This document shows, one piece after another, positions 10,305 through 17,967 of a DNA stretch of 64,000 bases; positions within the stretch are counted from its first letter, which is position 1, and every line of letters begins with the position of its first letter. The DNA is from Anaerolineae bacterium (lineage in GTDB: Bacteria; Chloroflexota; Anaerolineae; B4-G1; DUEL01). The stretch is from assembly GCA_016931695.1 (NCBI GenBank), contig JAFGEI010000148.1, positions 11,394 to 75,393 on the forward strand, in the 5' to 3' direction. The notes beneath the pieces were generated by a model, which saw only the letters and a list, made by a program, of their open reading frames with translations, searched no databases and was not told where the DNA came from. The translations under genes and the position numbers were made by a program.

Positions 10305-10850
10305 ATGCTTTGCCCACGGTGCAAGCAAGTGCTGCGCATGCGGATGATTCACAACGTCGAGGTCGATCGATGCCTGGCATGTGACGGGGTCTGGTTCGAT
10401 CAAGGGGAGCTCCAGGCGGCGCGGGAAAAGGTGGAACCGGACTCGCGCTGGATGGACGTCGATCTCTGGGCGGACCCGGACCGCTTTAAAGTGCTGGACG
10501 GGGAGCTTGCCTGTCCCCGCTGCCACGCCGAGATGGCGACGATTGCGTACGGCGATACTGGCGTAGAGATCGACTACTGTCCGCAATGCCAGGGAGCCTG
10601 GCTTGACGGCGGAGAGTTCGAAAAGATCGTCAACGCCCTGAGGGAGGAGATCGCTTCCAAGGGGGCGCCGGATTACCTGGCGGCGAGCCTGGAGGAGGCA
10701 AAAGAGGTCGTTGACGGGGAGAAGGGCCTGGCCTCCGAGTGGCGGGACCTGGCCGTTGTCACGCGCCTGCTCCAATACCGCTTGCTGGCCGAGCGCCCTG
10801 GCCTGCGCAGCGTGCTCGAGGTACTCCGCCGGGGATCGACGAACTTGTGA
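10305..10850 (+). CDS. tandem zinc-ribbon protein (zf-TFIIB-like, two CxxC...CxxC modules)
   Basis: CPRCK...CLACDGVWFD and CPRCH...CPQCQGAWLDGGE duplicated zinc-ribbon motifs; 14-nt gap after herA stop. Confidence 0.6.
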   Translation: MLCPRCKQVLRMRMIHNVEVDRCLACDGVWFDQGELQAAREKVEPDSRWMDVDLWADPDRFKVLDGELACPRCHAEMATIAYGDTGVEIDYCPQCQGAWLDGGEFEKIVNALREEIASKGAPDYLAASLEEAKEVVDGEKGLASEWRDLAVVTRLLQYRLLAERPGLRSVLEVLRRGSTNL

Positions 10851-10885
10851 GTTGTTGCGCGGCGGCGGCAGTTAGAGGAGCGCTG

Positions 10886-11734
10886 ATGTTCAATCCAGAG
10901 AAAATTACGATCGATTACTTTGTTCAAGAGCTTGGGCGGGCTTATCGCCGGACGTATTCCGACCTGGCGCCGGATTTCGGCAATATCGTTGCCTGGACGG
11001 GCCGGCTGGCGCTGGAGAACATTGCCAGCTCGGATGCGTTGTATCACAACGTCGAGCATACGCTGATGGTCGCCCTGGCCGGACAGGCAATCGTGGAGGG
11101 CAAGCATCTGTGTGAGGGGGGCGTGCTTCCCCGTGACTGGATGCACTTTATGATTGCCTTGTTGTGCCACGACATTGGCTACGTGAAGGGAATCTGTTGC
11201 GGCGACCGGGACGGGGTCTATGCAACCGGGGTGGGGGATCAAGTCGTCGAGGTGCCGCCGGGAGGAACGGACGTCGTGTTGACTCCTTACCACGTCGACC
11301 GGAGCAAGCTTTTTGTCCAGGAGCGATTTGGGTGCAACTTGTTGATGGAGACGGCGTCGGTGGTCGATGCAGACGTCATCTCGTCGTATATCGAGATGAC
11401 GCGCTTCCCGGTTCCCGACGACGAAGCACATCGGGATACAAAGGGGTATGGCGGGCTGGCGCGGGCGGCGGACTTTATCGGCCAGTTGGGCGATCCGAAT
11501 CACATGCGAAAATGCCCGGCCTTGTTCTACGAGTTTGAAGAAATTGGCGCCAACACCCGCTACGGCTACCAGCAGCCTGGGGATCTGCGGGAGACGTATG
11601 CCCGGTTTTACTGGAACGTCGTCAGCCCCTACATTCAGGATGCGCTGCGCTATCTAAAAGTGACGCAAGAGGGGAAACAGTGGGTCGCCAACCTGTACGC
11701 AAATGTGTTTGCCTCGGAACACAAGTGCGGCTGA
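10886..11734 (+). CDS. HD-domain metal-dependent phosphohydrolase
   Basis: H...HD signature (HNVEHTL ... LLCHDIGY); I prefer the ATG at 10886 to the longer track ORF that starts at 10739 inside the upstream gene. Confidence 0.6.
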   Translation: MFNPEKITIDYFVQELGRAYRRTYSDLAPDFGNIVAWTGRLALENIASSDALYHNVEHTLMVALAGQAIVEGKHLCEGGVLPRDWMHFMIALLCHDIGYVKGICCGDRDGVYATGVGDQVVEVPPGGTDVVLTPYHVDRSKLFVQERFGCNLLMETASVVDADVISSYIEMTRFPVPDDEAHRDTKGYGGLARAADFIGQLGDPNHMRKCPALFYEFEEIGANTRYGYQQPGDLRETYARFYWNVVSPYIQDALRYLKVTQEGKQWVANLYANVFASEHKCG

Positions 11735-11740
11735 CAGGTA

Positions 11741-11770
11741 ACTGCTGCGCCCGCGCTTTCTTTTTTCTGC
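11741..11770 (+). terminator. weak intrinsic terminator-like hairpin plus T-run downstream of the HD-domain gene
   Basis: GCGC-CC-GCGC followed by TTTCTTTTTTCT between convergent genes. Confidence 0.3.
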
Positions 11771-11780
11771 CTGCTGTGCT

Positions 11781-12332
11781 CTAGAACTGGCCGAACAGGA
11801 GGTTTCCCGGCGCGTCGGGATCGTTGCGGTAGAAAAAGTCGGCCAGGAGCTGCATCATCTCTTCACGGCTGATGGTGCCATCCCCGTCCAGGTCGAGCCG
11901 GGCAAAAACCGCTGCGTGATCCACGTCCTCGAGGCCAAATATCTTGGTGATGTCGCGATACTCCTCGACGGTGATGTATCCGTTGCCGTCCGTGTCAAAG
12001 AGATCGAACAGGGATCCGTACTCGACCTCGCAGTGGGCGACGAGGTCCTCCCCCTTGGACATATAGTACCTGACCTCGGCGGATTCCAGGTACTCTTGCC
12101 GGCTGATCCGTCCATCGCCGTCTCGATCGGCAATGCCGCAGAGTTGCTCCCAGCGGACCATGGTGTCTTCTTCGAACTGTTTGTAGGCCGGCGAATCGGC
12201 CGGGATGCCGCGGACCTCGGTCACCATCTTGACGTGGTGCATATAGTCGGCTGCCTCGATCCAGCCGTTGTTGTCGCTGTCATAGATGTCAAAGAGGTGG
12301 GTATATTTTCTTTCTAACAGTTGACTCAGCAT
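11781..12332 (-). CDS. EF-hand calcium-binding protein (four EF-hand loops)
   Basis: Four canonical 12-residue loops: DSDNNGWIEAADY, DRDGDGRISRQEY, DTDGNGYITVEEY, DLDGDGTISREEM. Confidence 0.75.
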   Translation of the reverse strand: MLSQLLERKYTHLFDIYDSDNNGWIEAADYMHHVKMVTEVRGIPADSPAYKQFEEDTMVRWEQLCGIADRDGDGRISRQEYLESAEVRYYMSKGEDLVAHCEVEYGSLFDLFDTDGNGYITVEEYRDITKIFGLEDVDHAAVFARLDLDGDGTISREEMMQLLADFFYRNDPDAPGNLLFGQF

Positions 12333-12377
12333 GGTTCATCTCCTCTGTTGGTTGAGTAGCTGCCAGTATACCCTCTT

Positions 12378-13460
12378 TCAGTCTTTTTGCAAAGGAGCGC
12401 CTGGTCGGGGGCTTTGGCGGCGCAGTTGACCGCACCCGGCCTCAATTTCGATCCCCCTTCGTGTCCGGACGGTGTGCGGCACGTGGAGGCGTTCGAGGAC
12501 GGCGCTAAATGCTTGCACCGCCTGGGGGGAAGAGGGCTGTCCTGGGTAGGCAGGGGTTGGATTGAGGGGGATCAGGTTGACGTGGGCGGTGATGCCCTGG
12601 AGCCGGGCGGCGAGGGCCTGTGCCTGTTGTGGGCTGTCGTTAACGCCGTCGATCAGCGCCCACTCAAAGCTGATGCGGCGTCCGCCGCGGGCACAGTAGC
12701 GGTAGCAGGCGGCAAAGAGTGCATCCAGTGGGTAGCGACGGTTGATCGGCAGCAGCTGGTCGCGCAGGTCATCGGTGGCGGCGTGGAGGGAGACGGCGAG
12801 GGTGATTTGCAGCCCTTCGTCGGCCAGCCGGTCGATCCCCGGCACGATGCCAGCAGTGGAGAGGGTGACGTGCCGCTGGCCCAACCTGAACCCCTGCGGG
12901 TCGATCAGGCGACGGATCGCGGTGAGCGCGGCGTCATAGTTCAAGAGCGGCTCTCCCATGCCCATCATGACCACGTTGCTCAGCCGTTTTCCTGTGGCCT
13001 GGAGCTGGCGGGCGACGTGCAGCGCCTGGGCGACGATCTCGCCGGCCGACAGGTCGCGCTGGAAGCCGGACTGGCCTGTGGCGCAGAAGCGGCAGCCCAG
13101 CGGACAGCCCGCCTGGCTGGAGATGCAGGCGGTGTGGCGCTGGTCATAGTGCATCAGCACCACCTCGATCGTTTCCCCGTCTGCCAGGCGGAGCAGGTCT
13201 TTGCGCGTTTCACCGCTGCGCGAAAGTTGCGAGGCGATCCTTTCTGGGGCGCCGATGGCGGTTTCGGCAGCGAGTTTTTCGCGTAGCGATCGGGGCAGGT
13301 TGCTCATTTGCTCGAATCTGTCCGCCAGGTGGATGTAGAGCCACTCCCAAAGCTGGCGGGCGCGATATGGCGCTTCGCCCCAGCTTTCCAGGAGCGCCTG
13401 GAGGGTGGGGAGGTCCAGGTCGTAGAGGTTCTGCCGGAAAGGCCGCCTCACGTCTGCCAC
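12378..13460 (-). CDS. rlmN: 23S rRNA (adenine2503-C2)/tRNA methyltransferase RlmN (radical SAM)
   Basis: GCPLGCRFCATGQSGFQRDLSAGEIVAQ radical-SAM cluster and RlmN-specific flanks; C-terminal conserved Cys region. Confidence 0.85.
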   Translation of the reverse strand: MADVRRPFRQNLYDLDLPTLQALLESWGEAPYRARQLWEWLYIHLADRFEQMSNLPRSLREKLAAETAIGAPERIASQLSRSGETRKDLLRLADGETIEVVLMHYDQRHTACISSQAGCPLGCRFCATGQSGFQRDLSAGEIVAQALHVARQLQATGKRLSNVVMMGMGEPLLNYDAALTAIRRLIDPQGFRLGQRHVTLSTAGIVPGIDRLADEGLQITLAVSLHAATDDLRDQLLPINRRYPLDALFAACYRYCARGGRRISFEWALIDGVNDSPQQAQALAARLQGITAHVNLIPLNPTPAYPGQPSSPQAVQAFSAVLERLHVPHTVRTRRGIEIEAGCGQLRRQSPRPGAPLQKD

Positions 13461-14845
13461 GCTTCCACCAGCGCCTTGACGTCGGCAAAGACAAAATCGG
13501 GCCGCAGTGTTGTTGTTTCCAGATCCTTCTCGCCGGTGATGCCAGAGAGGACCAGGATGGTGCGGATGCCGACGCGGGCCCCGCCGGCAACGTCGGTGTC
13601 CAGCCGGTCGCCGACGACGGCCGTGCTTTCAAGGCTGGCGCCCGTTCGCCGCATCGCCTCCTGGTAGAGCCAGGGATCGGGCTTGCCGATCACCTGCGGC
13701 GCCACTCCGGTGGCGGCTTGCAGGGCGGCGAGTGTCGCGCCGTTGCCTGGAACCGGGCCCGCCTCGCTGGGGAAGGTGACGTCGGGGTTGGTGCCGATGA
13801 ACGCGGCGCCGCGGTGGATCTGCAGTGCGGCGGCCGCCAGCTTTTCCCAGGTCAGGTCGACGGTCCAGCCGACGACGACGTAGCGCGCCTGCGCCTCGGC
13901 CGGCACAAATCCCCGTTCTGCCAGCGCCTCGTGTAACCCTTCCATGCCCAGGGTGTGGACGGGGGTGCCCGGTGGGGCGATGGCCGCCAGGTAGGCGGCG
14001 GCGGCCTGCGCCGAGGTGAGGATATCCGCCGTCGAGACCTGCACGCCCATGTTGCCGAGTTTTTCGACGTACTGCTGCGGTCGCTTGCTGGCGTTGTTGG
14101 TCACCAGGATGAAGGAAATTTCCCGCGCACGCAGAAAGGCAAAGAACTCGTGGAGGCCGGCAATAGCCTGATTTCCCCGCCACAGCACGCCGTCCATGTC
14201 GACGATCAGGTGGTGGATGTCTTGCAGCTCTTTCCCCGGAGTCTTTTTCTCGACCTCTTGCCGCAACTGCTCGTATTCCTCAGGCGTGTCGATATCCGCC
14301 AGCACCGCAGCGCTTTCTACCGGCACGATGGCACTCTCGGCGGGGTGGCGCTCGATGATCGCCCGCCCCCCTTGATCACCGGCCACCGCAGCCAGCTCGG
14401 CAAACAGGTCGCGGTGGAAGAGGACCGGGGTCCCGCGCTGCCCGTCGTAGACGGGGTAGACGATTTTCGCGCTGCTCTGCTCAAAGCGGGTGACGAGGGC
14501 GCGCAGGAGGTCGGGGGAGACGAGGGGTTGGTCGCAGTGCAGAAAGATCGCCCCCTCGACGTCGGGTGGGAGCGCGGCCAGGCCGACCTGCAGCGAGCTG
14601 CTGAGCCCCTCCTGCCAGCGCCAGTTCATTACCGTTTGAACAGCCCGCCCGTCCAGCGCGGCCCGCACTGCAGCGGCGGCGTGGCCCAGGACGACGACGA
14701 GAGGGGTCAGGCCGGCCGCCAGGGCGCTGTCGGCGAGGTGGGCAATGAGGGGTTTTCCGCCCCAGTTCAACAACTGCTTGGGCTGCCCAAAGCGGCTGGA
14801 TGCGCCGGCTGCCAGCACGATACCGGCGATTCGTCTCATGGCCAT
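13448..14845 (-). CDS. fusion protein: MobA/MocA-like molybdenum-cofactor nucleotidyltransferase (N) + HAD-IIA-family phosphatase (C)
   Basis: Start set at MAMRRIAGIVLAAGASSRFGQPKQL (MobA-like LAAGxSxRxG...K motif); C-terminal half has HAD motifs DMDGVL ... VTNN ... GKP ... GDRLDTD (NagD/HAD-IIA type); 10-nt overlap with yqeC stop. Confidence 0.65.
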   Translation of the reverse strand: MAMRRIAGIVLAAGASSRFGQPKQLLNWGGKPLIAHLADSALAAGLTPLVVVLGHAAAAVRAALDGRAVQTVMNWRWQEGLSSSLQVGLAALPPDVEGAIFLHCDQPLVSPDLLRALVTRFEQSSAKIVYPVYDGQRGTPVLFHRDLFAELAAVAGDQGGRAIIERHPAESAIVPVESAAVLADIDTPEEYEQLRQEVEKKTPGKELQDIHHLIVDMDGVLWRGNQAIAGLHEFFAFLRAREISFILVTNNASKRPQQYVEKLGNMGVQVSTADILTSAQAAAAYLAAIAPPGTPVHTLGMEGLHEALAERGFVPAEAQARYVVVGWTVDLTWEKLAAAALQIHRGAAFIGTNPDVTFPSEAGPVPGNGATLAALQAATGVAPQVIGKPDPWLYQEAMRRTGASLESTAVVGDRLDTDVAGGARVGIRTILVLSGITGEKDLETTTLRPDFVFADVKALVEAWQT

Positions 14846-15627
14846 ACTCCCACCACCGGCGCGGCGTCGTGCAGGCTTGTCAGGACAACGCGCTGGATAC
14901 GCGTACCTGCGGCCAGCTTTTGCCCGATGGCATGGGCGGATGGATGGAGGGATTTTCCTTGTTGGGTCAGCAGCGCGATGACGGCCGCCTGTTTGGGGAC
15001 TCTTTTCAACCCTCCTGCCGGGTGAGACAGCAATGTGATCATCAACTCGGGCGTGATCGGCGTCCCGAGGGGGGTTCCCAGGATGGCGGCGGCGATATCT
15101 GGGTGCTGGACGGCTTGCTCCTCGATTCGGCGTCCGAGGGCTTCCAGGCTGGCGACGACGATGATGCGGTCGGCGCCAGGGGGCATCGCGGGCTCGTCTT
15201 CTGCCGGCGCTTTTAACGGCCGCCCTTGGGCGTTGTCTGCTTCGACCAGCCACGTGGCGCCAGGAACCCGCCGGGCCAGCTCGGTGAGGATATGGGGGTC
15301 CAGGCCTTTTAGCCTGGCTGGCAGGGCCGGGTAGGGACTGCGGGCAGCCTGTTGGGGGTTGCCCTTCTCCGCCCGCGTGGCGGCGAGGAATAGGGCTGGA
15401 GATTCGATCAGCAGGCTTTGGACGATATTGGCTGGCTCGGGCCAGGGGTTTAACAGCAGCGGCGCTTTTTGCGGCTCAAAGATGTAGGTGGTCGTGGTAA
15501 AAACCACTCTTTCGCCTGAGGCGACCAGGGAGCGCAGCAATTGCCAGGCGGCAGTTGTTTTGCCCCCCGCTCCAATCAAGGCGACCAGTTCGCCGGATTC
15601 AAGCCCCAAAGCCGTTGCCAGGTCCAT
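14836..15627 (-). CDS. yqeC: YqeC-like P-loop protein (putative selenium-dependent molybdenum hydroxylase accessory protein)
   Basis: LVALIGAGGKTTA P-loop near N-terminus; size and neighbourhood (next to MocA-like gene) typical of the YqeC family. Confidence 0.5.
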   Translation of the reverse strand: MDLATALGLESGELVALIGAGGKTTAAWQLLRSLVASGERVVFTTTTYIFEPQKAPLLLNPWPEPANIVQSLLIESPALFLAATRAEKGNPQQAARSPYPALPARLKGLDPHILTELARRVPGATWLVEADNAQGRPLKAPAEDEPAMPPGADRIIVVASLEALGRRIEEQAVQHPDIAAAILGTPLGTPITPELMITLLSHPAGGLKRVPKQAAVIALLTQQGKSLHPSAHAIGQKLAAGTRIQRVVLTSLHDAAPVVGVWP

Positions 15628-15687
15628 TGCCTATATTGTAACAGAAACTATGACGACAGGCAATGTGCCGGCTTTGCTTGCTCTCTG

Positions 15688-15718
15688 CCGTCACTGTGCT
15701 ACAATGTAGCCGTGACGG
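15688..15718. promoter_or_regulatory. 31-bp nested palindrome overlapping an extended -10 (TGcTACAAT) upstream of the cNMP-binding membrane protein gene; operator-like
   Basis: CCGTCAC-tg-TGCTACA-a-TGTAGC-CGTGACGG: outer 7-bp and inner 6-bp arms are perfect reverse complements; sits 35 nt upstream of the ATG at 15753. Confidence 0.45.
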
Positions 15719-15752
15719 GCAGTTAGAACAATGCGCCCGGCAGGAGGGGGAA

Positions 15753-17420
15753 ATGCCCTCAAGAGAAGAGATTATCCGGACTCTGAAAAGCGTGCACCTG
15801 TTCTCGGGCCTGGACCGGGCTGATCTGCGGGAGCTGGCCGCCATTGTCCAAGAGATTGAATATGCGCCAGGCAGCTTGATTTGCCACCAGGGAGAGCAGG
15901 GGCAGCAGTATCTCATCATTGAGCGGGGTGGGCTTCGCGCTACCCTCGTTAATCCTGAAGGGCAGGAGCTCGAAGCCCGTCGCCTGGGGCCCGGAGAGGC
16001 GGTTGGCGAAACCTCCCTCCTTTTGGGTGACGTGCGGGACGCGACCATCGAGAGCGTTAGCGCCACGACCCTTCTCTACATCGAAAAGAGCGATTTTGAC
16101 CGGCTCCTGGAAAAAACCAGGATTGAACCGCGGCTCAAGATGCGCCCCGACATTGCCGAGCGGCGGCGATATCCCCGCTTTTCCTGGATGGAGGCCAGAG
16201 AGCTGCCGGTCAAGATGCTGCACAAACATCCTGCCGTTCTCGTCCCCAACCTCTTTATTCCCCTGCTCATTGGCGTGATCCTTGTTCTAGCTGGCATCCT
16301 GGCCGCCCGTCAGTGGCACGTTATTTTTCTGTGGGTGGGCCTCGTTCTCTCACTTTTTCCCCTGGGCCTTGCCCTATATGCTTATATCGACTGGCGCAAT
16401 GACCTCTATGTCTTGACCAACCGGCGCATCGTTCACCGGGAACAGATCGGGCTGGTGCGAGAAAGATTTTCTGCCGCCCCGTTACATGCCGTACAGGACA
16501 TCCAACAGATCCAAATCGGTATGCTGAGCCACTTTCTGAACTATGGCGACCTGGTCATTGAGACGGCCGGGGGCGCCGGGCAGGTCACTTTTCACAGTGT
16601 TCCCTGCCCCGATGACGTGCGGAACGAGATCTTTGGGCAGATCGAGCGCACGCGGGCGCTGGCGCGGGCCCAGGAGCGGGAGGCGATCCAGCAGGCCATG
16701 CACCGCCACTTTTTGGGCCAGGAGTACGAGGAACCGCCCGCGGCGCCAGAGACTGCGCCTGTGAAGCGAAAGCTGCCCGGTCTCCTAGTCCTCATCACTT
16801 CGTTCATTCCTCCCTCCTGGCACCAGGAAGGAGACACTATCACCTGGCGCAAGCATTGGATCGCCCTCATCCGCACCGTGGGGGGGGCTGTCCTCACCTT
16901 TATCCTGACCACGACGGCCGTCTTGGCCCTGGTCATCTGGCGCGCCGAGCTGCTGGCGCCGCTGACGGTCGTCTATGCGGCGGCGGCCTTTTTTATCATC
17001 CCCTGGCTGTTGTGGCAGTTTGACGATTGGCAAAACGACTTTTACCAGGTGACGATTGCGCGCGTCATCCACGTCGAGCGCAAGCCGTTTTTCCTGAGCG
17101 AGAAGCGGCGGGAAGCCAGCCTGCAGCAGGTGACAAACGTCCGTTTCGAACAGCCCTTTTGGGGGCGAATTTTTAACTATGGCGACGTGTTTGTCGAGAC
17201 CGCCGCTCCGGCCGGCACCTTTCACTTTCGCATGGCCAGCCGTCCCCGCGAAATCCAGTCCGAGATCTTTGCCCACATCGAGGCCTCGCGGGAGCGGCGG
17301 CAGCAGGAGGATGCCCGGCAGCGCCGCACCGAGCTGCTCGATTGGTTCAGCACCTATGACGAAATTCGCCGCCGTTCTCTTTACCCGCCCCCATCTCGGC
17401 AGCAGGGGGACAGTGTATGA
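15753..17420 (+). CDS. membrane protein with N-terminal cyclic-nucleotide-binding domain and two bacterial PH (bPH_2/YdbT-like) domains
   Basis: RBS AGGAGGGGG; cNMP-binding motifs (GEAVGETSLL, RDATIESVSATTL); two repeats of TM-hairpin + LYVLTNRRI.../FYQVTIARVIHVE... bPH modules. Confidence 0.7.
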   Translation: MPSREEIIRTLKSVHLFSGLDRADLRELAAIVQEIEYAPGSLICHQGEQGQQYLIIERGGLRATLVNPEGQELEARRLGPGEAVGETSLLLGDVRDATIESVSATTLLYIEKSDFDRLLEKTRIEPRLKMRPDIAERRRYPRFSWMEARELPVKMLHKHPAVLVPNLFIPLLIGVILVLAGILAARQWHVIFLWVGLVLSLFPLGLALYAYIDWRNDLYVLTNRRIVHREQIGLVRERFSAAPLHAVQDIQQIQIGMLSHFLNYGDLVIETAGGAGQVTFHSVPCPDDVRNEIFGQIERTRALARAQEREAIQQAMHRHFLGQEYEEPPAAPETAPVKRKLPGLLVLITSFIPPSWHQEGDTITWRKHWIALIRTVGGAVLTFILTTTAVLALVIWRAELLAPLTVVYAAAAFFIIPWLLWQFDDWQNDFYQVTIARVIHVERKPFFLSEKRREASLQQVTNVRFEQPFWGRIFNYGDVFVETAAPAGTFHFRMASRPREIQSEIFAHIEASRERRQQEDARQRRTELLDWFSTYDEIRRRSLYPPPSRQQGDSV

Positions 17421-17956
17421 CCGTTCGCCCGATCATCTATTCTGACGACCCGGTCTTGCGGCAAAAGTCGCGTCGCATCCCGCGCGTCACGCCCGAGATC
17501 GAGCATCTGGTCGACGACATGTTCGAGACCGCGGATGCAGCCTACGGCGTCGGCCTGGCCGCAGTCCAGGTGGGGGTTCCCTGGCGGGTCATTATCGCCA
17601 ACATCCCCGGTGACTTGCAAGACCCGGATGCCGGGACTGCCGTGGCCTTGGTCAATCCGGAACTGGCACGGGCTTCTGACGAGCTGGAAGAAGGGGTGGA
17701 GGGCTGTCTTTCCATCCCCGGCTGGGTGGGGAAGGTGGAGCGACACAAGAGCGTCGTCGTAAAGGCGATGGACATGCAGGGCAAAAAGATCCGGCTGCGT
17801 GCCGAAGGTTACCTGGCTCGTATCCTGCAGCACGAGATCGACCATCTCGACGGCGTGCTCTTTATCGACAAGGCGGCCGAGGTATGGCCGGTGAAGGAAG
17901 GGGACGAAGAGCGGGTCGAGGCCGGGTTTGCCGCGCCAGCGAATGCAATGATCTAG
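17417..17956 (+). CDS. def: peptide deformylase
   Basis: GVGLAAVQVG, EGCLSIPG, QHEIDHLDG motifs; ATGA overlap with upstream gene. Confidence 0.9.
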   Translation: MTVRPIIYSDDPVLRQKSRRIPRVTPEIEHLVDDMFETADAAYGVGLAAVQVGVPWRVIIANIPGDLQDPDAGTAVALVNPELARASDELEEGVEGCLSIPGWVGKVERHKSVVVKAMDMQGKKIRLRAEGYLARILQHEIDHLDGVLFIDKAAEVWPVKEGDEERVEAGFAAPANAMI

Positions 17957-17967
17957 CTGCTCTCTCG

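Noticed and set aside
8779-10380. 533-aa minus-strand ORF across herA, and similar long antisense ORFs (1097-2086, 20332-21366, 32580-33854, 44162-45334, 50073-51485, 51620-52825, 53516-54793)
   Set aside because: All lie antisense to genes with strong, motif-supported assignments. Their compositions are typical GC-driven open frames (Arg/Pro/Gly/Ala-rich) and none has a plausible RBS.
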